From Carcharhinus amblyrhynchos (taxonomy: Eukaryota): a stretch of DNA of 64,000 nucleotides. The stretch lies in the NCBI GenBank assembly GCA_965287045.1, contig OZ336870.1:101432001-101496000 (forward strand), given 5' to 3'. The notes under the pieces were generated by a model, which was given only the letters and a program-made list of their open reading frames with translations, made no database searches and was not told the DNA's origin. Below, piece by piece: positions 26,579 to 39,778 of this stretch (its first letter is position 1; the number at the start of each line of letters is the position of its first letter). A program made the position numbers and the translations under genes.

Positions 26579-28589
26579 AATACTCAATGTAGTAAAAGAC
26601 AAATGTGCAATTTTTGTGACTTTTAACTTGTTTTGTTTTGTTCTCATGAGCTTTAGTTCAAACCAATAAGAGTGATTTGCTTTAAAACACACTCAACTGG
26701 CTAATTTCTCTATCAAATTCTAGATATGGAATTAGATGATCAAAATGAACGATGAAGAAAGACTTGAAGGGCCAAATGGCCTAGTTCTGCTTTTTTCTAT
26801 GTTTCGATAAATTGTGTAAGCTTTCTAAATTTAATTTACTGTATCTTGCTTACCTAAAAATGGTGCACTGTCTGATAGCCGATTGTAGTCAATTTTCCTT
26901 AAAATCCCTCGCAGGCGCCCTGATATCAGAAGTTGAATGTGTTTACAGGCCAAAGGCTGGGAGTTTATACTGCAGGCTGCAGTATAAACTGTCTGCACCT
27001 GAATATAAAGTGTCAGTGATCTAGGAATGGAATGAACCATTGTGGCTAATTTTTGTTAAAATACAAACTGTCAGATTTATACTATTGACAATTCAGCATA
27101 TTTTAGGCCTAACACTGAAGATGCAAGCAATGATTTTTGATTACATTCTAGTCAGAAGTATGGAGCATCGATGTCTCAAACTTCAGTGTATTAATACAAT
27201 TATACTGAAGTTTGTGTAGTCCTGATCCCCAAAAGTAACATTTATGGAGATTAGCTTAAGCATGCAAGTCTCTTGAATCAAAATACCTATGTATATATTG
27301 TTATGCATTTGGTTTGTGTGTTTAGACAGTCATGCTTTCTCACTGCCTGAACAATCAATTTTAGCACATTGCTGAACTTTACATCAACCCCTACAGAAAA
27401 AATAACTTGAACTAATATATTTTCATTTTCACCCTACTTAGCGCAACATTTTTTTTGTTTCAGTTGTTAAATCCTGAATGAAGTGCAACAGAGTACCTAC
27501 TGCTTTGTGGAGCTCACACCACTTGTGTGTATGCATTAAGCACCCTGTACAGTACAATTTGTAACACGTGGTCTGAGTCACTCATTAGTATGGTCAAGGT
27601 AATTTCTGAAGCTAAGATCACATGGGAGGATAAAAAAGAGAAATTAAGTTGAAGGATCTTTTTGAATGCTTGGTTGGCGTAGTATTTCATTTGTGTGAGG
27701 TAAAAGGAACACTAGAATCCGTTGCTTTTATGATCAGCCTAGTCCTTTGGCTATGAATCTCACTATTATAGCCTCTTATCCTTGTGTCTTTCTAATTTCA
27801 GGTGCAGCCAGTGAATTATTTTCTCTACCATGACATCTATCCCATCTTTGTTTGGTGTCAGATTGTACTAGAGTTGAGAGATGCATTTGTTCATTATTTG
27901 AAGTGAAAAATGATGAGCCTGCAAATGTTGCCAGTGAGTTGAGTATGCATAGGATAAGTTCGTGCTGATGTATAAGCCATTTTTGGCTCTGGTAGTCTTT
28001 AAAACCTTTGCCCAGAAGTGGCTGGAGATGTGCGTAACTATTCATTTGACTGAATTTATTTTTGAATTTAGTAGCAAAATATATGCAATGAAGAAAGTTG
28101 ACCAGGCTCTCTGTGCTGTGGATGACGTCATGAAAAACAGTTGATGCTTCCTCCTTTGCATCCCTGGCAGTGGATGGTCTAAGATTTATTTAGGCTTTTG
28201 TATATTGATATGGAGGAAAGTAGAATAAATCTGATTGCAAGAAGAGCCAGTTATAATGGGAGTCCTATGATTCTTTGGAAGCAACAGATAAGGTTCCAAT
28301 GATAGCAATGCTTTGGGGCAGCTTTAGAAATTTTGTTGGGGATAAAGAATTATCAGTGACCTGCTGGGGAAAAATAAACATGTGATTCTTCATGGTTGCA
28401 GTTTATTTTGATGCTTTTGAGGTAGGTGATAAGCCAGAATATTGCAAAATGGCAGAGCAGATTGAAGGAACCAGATGGCTTAGTCTTGTTTCTATTTCCC
28501 ATAGAAAGCGAAAAACCAGGATGTGCACTGTGATTAGTCAGGCACTGATTGTCTTCATTCCTAATCAACAAATTTTATGCCTGCCCCTG

Positions 28590-29165
28590 CAACTTCCACC
28601 AACTCTGCCTCTTCCCCCAAATAGCACTTCTATTTTCAGTTTACTGTACTGCCAATGTGGTCTCCTCTACAATGGGGGAATCAAATACATACCTTTCTGT
28701 CCTTAGCCTGCTATGGTGTTCCAGTGAAGCATGGAACACGCACCTCCTCATTTGGCTCAGCACTTTAAAGTCTTTTGGTCTCAACATTCAGTTCAATAAC
28801 TTTTAGATCATAACCTCCTATGTTTCTGGTTTCTTGCTTTTTTTCCTTCTAATTTCTGTTTTTCCTTCACTTCATGTTCAGACAGCAGCTATCCTACCAT
28901 TCACACCTTATTACTAACATTACAACACAATGATTACACTTCAAAAAGATTTTATTTCACTGGCTGTGAAGCACTTTGAGATATCTCATGGTTGTGAAAA
29001 GTGCAAGACTTTGTTTTTTCTTAGTTTTCTGATTACCATTTATTTCGCAATTGCAATATGAAAGCTTTTGGTCATTTAAATTCTAATGCCCTCCACCCTA
29101 TCAGAAATTTGTTTGTCTTCCCATCCACAAAGGCTGACCTGAGTAATTCCAACATTTTCTGGGGT
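28590..29165 (+). mobile_element. Penelope-like element remnant (GIY-YIG endonuclease region and 3' end)
   Basis: LYCQCGLLYNGGIK (cf. YCIRCSRCGLLYIGETK) and HLLIWLSTLKSFGLNIQFNNF in ORFs 28392 and 28549; GGCTGACCTGAGTAATTCCAACATTTTCTG tail. Confidence 0.65.
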
Positions 29166-29329
29166 TTTTTTCTTCCTTAATTATTTACTCTTCTTGGCCA
29201 AATGTAAGTTTCTTGAAATAGCTACTTAATATTCTTTAAAACCAATTATGATTTATTTCTTAATTGGGTGGTTAGGTCTCCTAATGTTCGTGTGTTATTT
29301 TCACTTTGTCAGCCATATTATGTTTGAAA

Positions 29330-29665
29330 TAGAATGAAGTTGAAGATATCAATGGAATGACCAGAGAAGTACAAATCTGAATTCCATTGAGAGAAATGAC
29401 GGGTAATACATGTTAGGGAAAACAAGTGGACAGGTAATACTTGGTAGGGTACTGAAGAGTGTTGAGGAGCAGAGGAAACTTGGAATGCGTGTCCATAATC
29501 CGTGAAGGTAGCAGGTGATGAGGTGGTTAAGATGGCATATAGGATAATTTTCTTGATTAGCCAAGATAGAAGAGCAGGAAAGTTATGCTAGAACCGTATT
29601 AAACACAGGTGTGACCATAGCTAGAGTATTGTGTACAGTTCTGGTCATTACATTGGAGAAGGGAT
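29330..29665 (+). mobile_element. Old CR1 RT fragment
   Basis: GTGACCATAGCTAGAGTATTGTGTACAGTTCTGGTC (RPxLEYCVQFW). Confidence 0.75.
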
Positions 29666-30065
29666 TTTTCTAATGGGATGTGAACATTCCTGACAAGGCC
29701 AATGTTTGTTGCCCATCCCTAATTGCCCTTGAGTGTGGTGATAAGCCATCTCTATCTGAATACAACTGAGTACCTTGCTAGGAGGCATTTTGGAGGGCAG
29801 TGAAGAGTCAACCACATTTTCTGTGGGTCTGATGTCATATGTAGGCCAAACTGGGTAAGGATGACAAATTTATCTTCCTGAAGGACATTAGTGAGCCAGA
29901 TGAGTTTTATTTTGCGACAATTAATAGTGACATGGTCACCTTTACTGAGACTAGCTATTATATTCCTGATTTGTTAAGTGAATGTAAATTTCCTTTAGCT
30001 GCCCTGGTGAGATGAAAACATGTCGCCGCCGCCCCCCCCCCCCACCCAGTGACATTACCATAATC
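29665..30065 (-). mobile_element. tRNA-headed SINE (same family as 5850, 49893, 52320)
   Basis: TTTGTTGCCCATCCCTAATTGCCCTTG tail; GAGTCAACCACATT..GAAGGACATTAGTGAGCCAGATG core. Confidence 0.8.
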
Positions 30066-31494
30066 CAATGATCTTCCCTGAGGATGTACTGAAAAGGTTT
30101 ACACGGGTGTTGTAAGGAATGGATTATGTAGAATACACTTCACAGGATATACTTCACTCAAACGAGTCATTCAGTTGAACTGAACCAGTCCATGCTAGTA
30201 TTTATACTCCACTTGAGCCTCGCCCATCTTATCTAAATGTACCATTGGAACTTTCTCCTTCTCTCTCCTCCATATGCTTGTCTAGTTTTCCTTTCAAAAG
30301 CATTGATACTATTCATTTCAACTGCTCCCTGTGGTCAGGTTTCGCATTATTACCACTCTTCAGGTAAAGAGGTTTCTTCTGAAATACTCATTGGATTTCT
30401 TGGCAAGTATCTTCTATTGATTAGCTTTAGTTGTGCTCTTCTCTGCTAAAGAAAATATGCTTTTATGCATGCTATAAAATCCCTTTCGTTATTTATTGCT
30501 CATCTATTCAATATTATATCTACCTGTTCTGTCTCCCTGGTAAACACTGAAGTAAAATAATTTTTAATATTTTCGCCACCTTTTCGATTACCAGTATTAT
30601 CCTGTATTTCTCTAAAGGCCTTATTCCCATCATAGCCTTCCCTTTTTATCTAATGTATTTGTAAAATGTTTTGTTCCTTGATGATTTAATTTCTTAGTTT
30701 CTCTTCGCCTTCCTTTTTTTTTCTTTGACTTTTCTCTTAATCTGTTATCATGAATCCCTCTTTTGCCCGTGTACTTAATGCATGCCTCTTTCCTAACTTT
30801 CAGTTGTTCCTTTTTCTTCAATCATCAACGGATTCTCTCCTGTTTAGTTTTACTTTCCTTTTAGTAGAACATGTTTTGCCTGTATTCTGAACAGAGTTTT
30901 AATTATTTCCCTGTTTTTCTGTGTTTGCAAATATTTTTGCCCATTTATTTTCCCAAGTTCTATTCTAAGCCTCTCAAAATGAACTTTTCTATTAAATTAG
31001 TGATAGTTTTCTCATAACCCTGTCCTTCTCTAGAATCATCTTAGTATGTTTGATTTTAGTCACTACTGCCTAAATGTTCTCTATTTCTACTTATCTGATG
31101 TGCTTTGGATTGTTCCCCATTGCAAGATCCAAAAGCAAATCTTCCTTTGTACGCTTTTTATATATTTGTTTGAAAAGAAGTCCCGAATGCACTGTGTAGG
31201 AACCCTTTTCTTTTACCTATGTCCTGGACAGTTGTCAGGGTAGTTTAAAATCCACAATTTTTTTAAAATTTCCTTAATTTGTCTGCATGTTTTCATTCTC
31301 CACCTCCCTTCCACTGTTAGGTAACCTGTGGATGAACCAATTAATGCACTTAATTTTTTTGGATGCTATTTTCGTCTTGTTGATAGCTGTATTCCTTTCT
31401 CCTACTGCCGTTATGTGCATAGCTCGGCCACCTCCTCTATTTCTTCTCTATCCTTTTTAAATATGTTATTTCCTGCAGTGTTTAATTCAAAACT

Positions 31495-31912
31495 GAGTTG
31501 TGAGGAAAGATTGGATAGGCTGGGATCCTTTTTCCTCGGAACATAGGAGGCTGAGGGGCGATGTAATTTGGATATAAAGTTAAGGGCCTAGGTATTTCAT
31601 TAGCAAATAGGTCAGTAATGACAGAGTAGATTTAAAGTTATGGGGGGGGAGGTGCGATGGAGTTGAGTGGTGGGGAGGGGGTTGCAGGGCAGCGTTGGAG
31701 AGAAATTCTTTACTCAGAAGGTGGTGAAACTCGGTGCCTAAAAGAGGTAGTGGGGCGAAAACCTTGTCCTGTTTATAATATTTGAATACCCTTGAAGTGA
31801 GTAACCTGTAAGGCCAAGGGCTGGAAAGGAGAATTAAGTTTGATAACTTTGTGCACGTAGACAAGGTGAGTTGAATGGCCATGAATGTTCTGTTTCTATG
31901 AAGCTCCATTTT
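31495..31912 (+). mobile_element. Old CR1 3' end
   Basis: TGAGGAAAGATTGGATAGGCTGGG (EERLDRLG); GAAATTCTTTACTCAGAAGGTGGTG. Confidence 0.75.
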
Positions 31913-32482
31913 CTGTTGCTATGCGAATCAGAAACCTAATAATATGTTCTATGCATGATGGGAGGGTGACTTAAGTCCGAAATTCTTGACAGTTGCCTGC
32001 ATGGTCCTCCATAGTAAGATTTTCTTGTTATCTGCCTGTTAGATGTTTTGGTTTCAGTTTTAAGTGAGAAGTCACTGCATAAGGGGCAAGTCTCTTTCTC
32101 TTTAAGGTAAAGGGTTCAAGCCAGGTGTTCAGCTCTTTTTTTTACCCAGCCAGGCTGGATAATGTGTGAGATCCTTGGGATGCTGATGGAAATTTGGATC
32201 GCCACGTGATTAGAGATTTAAAAAAACTAAAATATTATCAAATAAACAAACATGGCAAAGTTTAGAATTTCAAAATTATGAAAATGTATGGGCCATTCAA
32301 AACATTGAAAGAGGGTTATAACATTTCTGTTCATAATTTGTATTTTGTTAGAAGTTCTGAGCAATAGGTTGATGTCTCTTGAGTTATTTGTGAGAAACAA
32401 AATGTTGTTATTTTCTTGACTGAAGGTCAATTGCCTTAAAGGCTTTTGTTAAGGAAAAATTGAACCAAACTTTGTCTGTTAG

Positions 32483-32579
32483 CAGATGGAGTGCTTGATC
32501 TGTCTACAAAGAAGAATAGTATAATTTCCACAATATCAACTGGATCTAGTCCTGCATCAACCACTATCAAATTATCAGG
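32483..32579 (+). CDS. LCORL: LCORL coding exon 6, 97 bp (94 bp if the second NAGNAG acceptor is used), with VLDLS motif
   Basis: ctgtTAG CAG ATGGA...TTA TCA GG|GTaagt; (A)DGVLDLSTKKNSIISTISTGSSPASTTIKLSG. Confidence 0.92.
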
Positions 32580-34394
32580 GTAAGTATTATCAAAGAATTA
32601 GATCCAAAGGACTTGAGTTTAAAAATTATTTAATTTTGTTTATTTCGTTAAGCCTTGAGAGTAAACATCTTGTCACAGCTGCACTGTTTTATTTTGAATC
32701 ATCATTCTATCTCCCATGTATGGTACTGTTGTGCTTTTTTTAATTTACAGTTTTCATTTTGAAAGGCAGTTGGTCTTAATTTCCATAGTTTAAAACAGGT
32801 TGATAAACAATGTGTTGTCAATTTATTTACATAACCCAGTGGCTGTGGATTATATTGATGTTCTTAATTTGCTATTGAAGTAAGATTTAATAAGGTCAGA
32901 AATTATAAAGCTGTAAATGTATGGAAGCGTATTCTATCTGGGTCAGCATATCAATTTACATAAAATTTCTTGGACTTTATCCTCCTAATGAAACAGTTGT
33001 CATTTGGCACATGATCAGTTGATTGTATCTGGCTAAATTTATCCATACCATATCTGATTGTCGTCAGGATTTAGAAAGTTTTTTTTCTATACTTATTTTA
33101 ACACAGCATTGCAAAAAAACAATTCAGTCATTCTGAAAGTAGACTTACAAATACTTGTCAGTAAGAAATTCAGTGGAACAGTTGACTGTTTCTCACAATC
33201 AACTGTGGGACAGCCAATTCCAGTCAAATTTCTGATTGTTACAGTTTGATATGTAATATTTTCATCTGGTTTTAATGTAGATTATTCAATGAGGTTTAAA
33301 ATAAACTCGTTCTACAAGCACAGTTTTCTTGATTCTGCAGATATTTTAGCTTCACTACAAAACTTTTAATATCTGAACCATTCCATTCTCTCAAAGATGT
33401 TCAAAGCTACCGGAGATGCAAAGTTTTTAAGAACTTTTGGCCATGTTTGCTCATTACCACACCTGTTTAGGTTTGCTATAAAAGTTGAAACAATTATTGC
33501 TAGTGATAATGTAATTAACTTTTTTTTAAAAATAGCATTCTGTGATAACTTTTGATTAAACTTCTGACTGACAAGTAAACTTAAATGATATAAAATCTTT
33601 CACCTTGCTTCATTATTGTGGGCATTCTGTTCAAAGCAGGGCAAAATATATTGCCAATACATATAACTGCAGAGAATATTAAAAAAAAATTAATTGTAAT
33701 TATCTTTTATGAACTGTTCAGAAATATATTCAAAGTTGCATAACTGGTAGTCCACTACAGAGGTGATTTCTCTTGTTTCAAAAAAATATGCACAGCAAAA
33801 TCTTTATGGGTTTTTCACACTAGCAAAAATACTTTAGCAATATGATACTGGTGCATTATCCTTTAGCTTTCTTTTATAGTGCCAGAAGTGTCAAGTATCA
33901 AGGCTGAGTTCTTTAGTTACTTTGGTATAGTGTTTGTGCATGTCATTTTTTTAAAATCTTTGACTGCAGCTATAGGGCTATCCCCAAGAGTATAGTATTA
34001 CGGAATACACCATTGTCTACTACATTAAATAAGTGTTTTGCTTTCTTTTAATTTTTTTCTCTCTTTTACATCGTGTATGATTTTTGTTCTCTTTGATTTG
34101 TTTGCTAATCCTTTTACCCATCTTTATTCTTTGAATTGTTTGTCCTGACCACTTCCATTATGTGTTTCTCTCACTTATAAAGGAAATGTCTTTGTTTCAT
34201 GACAATGGAGGTATTTGCATGTACTCTGCATAGTCACCTTACTTATACCCCCATGCAGGTCATAAAGTGATGTGATTGGACAATGTGACAGACCAAATTT
34301 GAAAGTCAGTCAAATGCAACTACATCAAGCAAGGCTTTTACAGATCAGAATAATGTTTCTAGATTGCAATGGTCAAAAGCTGGTGTCTGGAGAG

Positions 34395-34500
34395 AGAAAT
34401 AAAAGCAAAACAATACTGAAAGTATTCGGCAGATTTGGCAGCATTGTGGAGAGAGAAACAGTTAACAGTTTAGATTAATGACCTTTCTTCAGAACTTCAG
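34395..34500 (-). mobile_element. Penelope-like terminal fragment
   Basis: AAAAGCAAAACAATACTG..GGCAGCATTGTGGAGAGAGAAACAGTTAAC..ATGACCTTTCTTCAGAAC. Confidence 0.65.
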
Positions 34501-34814
34501 AGAGAAGGAGATATTTGCCAGCCTGGGAACCAGGCTGTGTAGTTGCATAATCAGCAGCTTAGTGTGAAGGTGATCAAGGGACATCTTTGAATCAAGCTAA
34601 AGTGGCAAGTATGTTCATATATTAATGGAGTCACTTTCACTCATTTATTAAAAATGTGGAAATTCTTAACAAATTTATATGATACTGGAAGTATTTGAGA
34701 AAGCTTATCCTTCCATGTAGATATTCCTTCTAAGTTTAATCGAGGTGGTTTCTTAGGGCATTCTGGAGATTTTAATAGAGAGTGTCTGTCTTACAAGGAA
34801 CCTTTTGCATTCCA

Positions 34815-36820
34815 ATAGGTCGGAGATAATGAAATTAGAAGAGCAAAAACGGAGCATGAAAAACGATTTGTGAACAAGATTAGGGAGAATCCTGAAATAG
34901 TCTATAAATACATTAAGGTAAAGAATAGGGCCCATTATAGAGACCAAGGGAGCAATCTGTGTGAATCTGCAGGACATTGAAAGGGTGTTAAAGGAATACT
35001 TCTGATTGGACTTCACATAGGAGGAGGAGATTGTAGGTGCAGAATTCAGGAAACCTTGGGAAAGTTTGATATAGGAAATGAGGGGGTATTAGAGGCATTG
35101 ACAGGTTTAAAATGCACAAATGCCCAGGCCTGGAAGTTCGCAAGTCCTTTTTCATGCTCCCTTTTTGCTCTTCCAATTGCTTTTTTAACTTCTCTCTAGC
35201 ACTTCCTGTATTCTTCTCGTAGGAGAAATAAGAGGTATTTATTGAGTACTTTGCATCTATCCTTACGAAAGGACAAAGATGCTACCCAGGCTAAGGTGAG
35301 GAAGTAACTCGTGCATTCAAAATTTACAATTGAGAAGGAAGAGGTGTTAGGCTATCTTTACTTAAATAAATAAATACCAGAGTTAAATGAGACGCATACA
35401 AGGATACGAGTGAAGTGAGAGTGGAAATTAGAGGCACTTGTGATAATCTTTTCCTCAGTCACAGGTGACACCAGAGGACTGAAAAACAGTGAATGTTACA
35501 CCCTTTTTCAAAAGGGATGTAGGGATAAAGCTGGCAACTACAAACCAGTCATTTTGATTTCAGTAATAGGGAAACTTATGTAAACAAAAGTAGCAGTCAC
35601 TTGAGACCAGTGCAGGATAATTAAGGAAAGGCAACCTGGATTTGTAAAAGGAAAATCATGTTTAACTTCCTGAAACATTTTGCAGAGGAAACACGCAAAG
35701 TTGATTATGGGTAATGCTGTTAATGCAATGTATATGGATTTTCAAAAGGCATTTGATAGAGTGCCACGCAACAGGTTTGTAAATTCTAGCTCATGAAGTA
35801 GAAGGGAAAATAGGCACTTGAATGTGAAATTGGCTGAGTGACAGGAAATTAGGTAATGAGTATGATTGTTTTCAGATTGGAGAAATATTTGTAGTGAAGT
35901 TCCCCAAGGGGCAGTGTTTGGACCCTTACTGTTTGTGTGTGTATATGACCAGATCTGCTGACCTCTGTATAGGTGACCTAAACTGCAGTGTTCAAGGTAT
36001 GACTTCAAAATTTGCAGATAAGATTGGAAACATCAACTATGATGAGGAAAGTCTCGAATTTCAAAAAGATATGGACATGTTGGTGAACTGGACAGACCAA
36101 ATGATAGATGAAGTTCAATGCAGAGAAGTGTGAGGAAATTCATTTTGGCAGGAAGAATACAAAGACAGTATGACATACAGGGAGAAACTCTAAAGAAGGT
36201 GCAGGAATAGAGGGGCCCTTGGTGTGCATGTCTAAATCATTGGAAGATGGCAGCAGAGGTTGAGAGAGCAGTTGATAAAGCGTATAGTATCTTAAGTTCA
36301 TGTTGAATTTGTAGAAGACATTCGTTAAGCCTCATCTGAAGTGCTGCATTCAGTGCTGGGTGCCATGTAGGGAGGTGTAAAGGATTTGAAGAGGGTATGG
36401 AGGAGATTCACGAGAGATTTTAGGGATGAAAATCTGTAACTAAGGATAAATTGGGACTGTTTTCCTTGGAGAAAAGAAGGTTGTGTAGAGATCTTGTGTC
36501 AAGATCCTGAGGGGTGTGGACAGAGTGAATAGTGACAAACTCTTCCCACTAAAGAGAGCATCATGATTTAAGGGACACAGATTTAAAATAATTGGTAAAA
36601 GCGATAAGGATTTTTTTTAACTGAAAGGGTGGTTAGAATCTGGAACAAATTTCCTTAGTGTGGTGGAAGTAGGTCAGTGGAGATATTCAAAAGCAAATCA
36701 GATTGCTATCTGAAAAGGGAAAATGTTTAAGGTTATGGGAATAAGATGGGAGTGGCATGGGGTAGCTTTGAGGGCCACTGCAATGGGCTGAATGGTCTCC
36801 TGCACTCAAGATTTTATAAT
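34815..36820 (+). mobile_element. Long degenerate CR1 LINE (most of the RT)
   Basis: TATATGGATTTTCAAAAGGCATTTGATAGAGTGCCAC (YMDFQKAFDRVPH), VPQGAVFGP-like and SKFAD motifs, 3' tail. Confidence 0.85.
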
Positions 36821-37109
36821 GTAATGTGCGCCCAGAGAACTGACCTACATGTAGGGCAGATTTGTCAATCTCGAGCTCCACCTGGCTGGACTCAAGTGGA
36901 GTACAGATTGAAGAAAATGAATGCACCCAACCTGTGCATCGTTCAAGAATTGCTCACCTTTGGGTCGCACAATTGTTTTTTTTTTATAGTTTGTCAATCA
37001 TGCATGGGCTTAACAATGGCTAATGTGAAAAACAGAATATGTATATTTAATGCAATAAAAAAAGTTTCTGCAGAAATGTACTGATGGGCCCATAATGGAG
37101 TGTTAATAA

Positions 37110-37840
37110 ATGAAATCAAAACTGCAAATATGGAAAATGTTCTGCAGAATGCAAAACAGCTAATGTTTCAAATTGATGACTTTTCATCAGAACTGAAATA
37201 TGTTCTAGATGAAAACTGTTTAAGCAATTCCTGAGTCAGAAAATTGGGAGAAGTGCAGAAAAAACATAAATAGAAATTGTTTGTGATAAGGTGGAGAGCT
37301 GGGGTGATTAAATTAGAAAAAGGGCTGCAACGCGAAGGGGCATTAATTAGGCAAAGAAGGATGGATCCAGGAAGATGTAAATATTTAAAACATGGCAATG
37401 GGAGAAGGAAGTGTGGAAATTGGCAAAACAGAGGGTCTTGCATCAGTGAATATTGAGGGAGAAGATGGGTGTCAGCAGCACACACTGGCTCTGGTGCAAC
37501 CACCCTCCATTACCAGCAAATTGTTTGAAAGAAAATGAGAGTGGTGCTTAAGATCAGATGTCAAACTTGATTAAAGCATCTAGTAGAAAGATCAGTTGTT
37601 CCTCAAGCTTGTGTTCCTCTTCAAAGACAGATATCCAATGGACGATGTGTGGAGAATTAAAGTGCACGTGACCAGTAGTTTAAGATATCTGCAGACTCAA
37701 CGCAGATGTTCAACAAATTGTTCACTCTATCTGCTTTTGGGCATCCCCAGTACCGAGGAGATAGCGTCATGAGCAGTCAATACTAAATTGGGAGCCCAAA
37801 TCACCTAGAAGGTTTTTTTTGGTGCCCAGGATGTTGGGAA
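37110..37840 (-). mobile_element. Penelope-like element remnant with GIY-YIG region and hammerhead relic
   Basis: Reverse complement of ~37690-37790 resembles LVYCIxCxRCxLLYTGxxKxRxxEQFVEHL; CTGATGA...GAAAC at 37190-37165. Confidence 0.65.
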
Positions 37841-37859
37841 GGGAGGAAAAACTATTTGT

Positions 37860-38285
37860 TTTATATTATGCTTTTCACAATCAAAGAACATCCCAAAGCT
37901 CTTTACAACCAGTTAAGTAATCTTGAACTATAGTCATTTGTTGTAATATAGGAAACTTAGCAGCTGATTTGCACACAACAAATCTCTACAAACAGCAATG
38001 TGATAAAAGACCAGAATCATCAATGTTTATGACGTTTGAAAGATAAAATTGGACAGCATGGGTGATAACTGTATTTTTCAAAATAGTGCCATGGTATGTT
38101 TTACATTCACCTGAGGGGCCTCTGTTTAACATCTCATCTGGAAGGCTGCACTCTCTGATAATGCATTATTCCTTCACTAATGCATGGAATGTCAGCTTAG
38201 ATTGTGTTCTCAAGTTCTGGAATGGGACTTGAATCTACAACCCTCAGAGTCCAGTGCAGCAGTGCTACTAACTGAGCTACAGAAC
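37860..38285 (-). mobile_element. Deu-domain SINE (SacSINE1-like)
   Basis: CACCTGAGGGGCCTCTGTTTAACATCTCATCTGGAAGGCTGCAC antisense Deu core; GGGACTTGAATC antisense B box. Confidence 0.8.
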
Positions 38286-38689
38286 ACTGAAGGAAATGAA
38301 TGATGTACTTTTGCTTGGGAGGTGGTGGGGAAGACAAATACACATTAGGAATGACACAAAAGTGAACTGATGTGTCGCGGCCCTCCACAATTTTGTGGGG
38401 GGAGAGGAGGTGACTGAAATGTTGGAAGATGGCACTTGAATGTGGAGGCTCGTGGAGTGGAAGGTAACTCTGTCTTAGGAACAACGAAACAGGAGTAGGC
38501 CATTCAGCCAGTCGTTTAGTGCAATCATGGATATTCAGGCACTTAAATGCCTTTTACACCCACTATTCCTGTAACCCTTTATTTGTTTTTGGAGAGAGGT
38601 ACAGGAAATAAAGAAGACCTGAACAGTAGCCCTACTAGCCATGGCATGTGGAATTTTCAGTTGAAGAGAAAGACAGCCATTTCAGAAGC

Positions 38690-38960
38690 ATTGGTGTAGA
38701 AGACGGTAGCAACTGAATAGTTGCAATAGAGAAACTGAGAAAATGGAATTTGAGTCCTATCAGGAAGTATATTTCCATTTGATTATTCAAAGGACAACAG
38801 GGGATTTGCTCCAGAAAATATTTATTTCTTAACAAGTATCACTTGATGTTTTATCACATTGCTGTTTGTGTGAAAGTTAGGTGCTGTGTTTCTGACAACT
38901 ATAGCCGTCATTCAAAAAGTGCTTCGCTGTAAACAATTTGGGATGCTCTCAAAAGTATTT
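38690..38960 (+). mobile_element. Deu-domain SINE 3' part, degenerate
   Basis: ATCACATTGCTGTTTGTG...TTCAAAAAGT..GCTGTAAACAATTTGGGATG tail. Confidence 0.55.
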
Positions 38961-39778
38961 GAGAAAGACAAGGGGTGGAATTTCTGTTTGTATTCGCCTC
39001 GACCGTAAAATCTCACTTGAAGTCAATGAACCTTTGCATAGTCCGTGTCCCGCCTGCTATGATTCCCATGGCACGTTGGATGGGAAAATTCCACCTTTGT
39101 TTTGTTCATTTACTTTAGGTTCCTCTGTTGATACCTAAAGTGTCTATATCTTGAATTGTTCACTTGTCATTTGTTCAGTCTCCAAATTTAAGTCGTATAT
39201 GGCTCACAGGAGGAGAATTCTGTGAATTTAGTCTTTGACTCATTTGATTTTCTTCCTTGCCTCCTTCCTGCCTTGTCCTTTTTAAGTTCTGGCAGTTCTC
39301 TGGTGCCTGCCCGCATGATAATATTTGATCAGTGAGCCTAAATAAACAGTTTGTAGGCTTTGTAAAGGAAAATAGCCAAACACAGTTTTGTTTCTATTAG
39401 TCTTTGTGAGCACTTTTTATCAGGAGTGAGAACTCTGTCTGCACAATCCTCTCTAAATAACTGGAAGGCCCCCATCACGTTTCCTGACTCGATTACAGAT
39501 TACATATCTATCATTCCTGGTCTGTGCAGCTTACTATAGCCATCATGTAGTATGTAGCAGAGCCATGTGGGAACTCCAGGTGCCAGATAACCGTGACATT
39601 GTCTTAGAAAAAGTTGGTGCTAAATTGTTGCAGCGAGGCCAATCCTGCTCAGTTGACTTGATGGCAAAAAAAACTATTATTTAGGGGAGATCCTTCCTTC
39701 CAAAAATCATGCCAGTGACTTCTAGATAGAATGGGACACTTGCACCCCAAACAGAATCTATTCCTCTACTTTCTGCTG

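Noticed and set aside
31640-31690. G-rich tract as a functional G-quadruplex (also the C-run at 30025-30047)
   Set aside because: Low-complexity expansions inside repeat fossils with no supporting context
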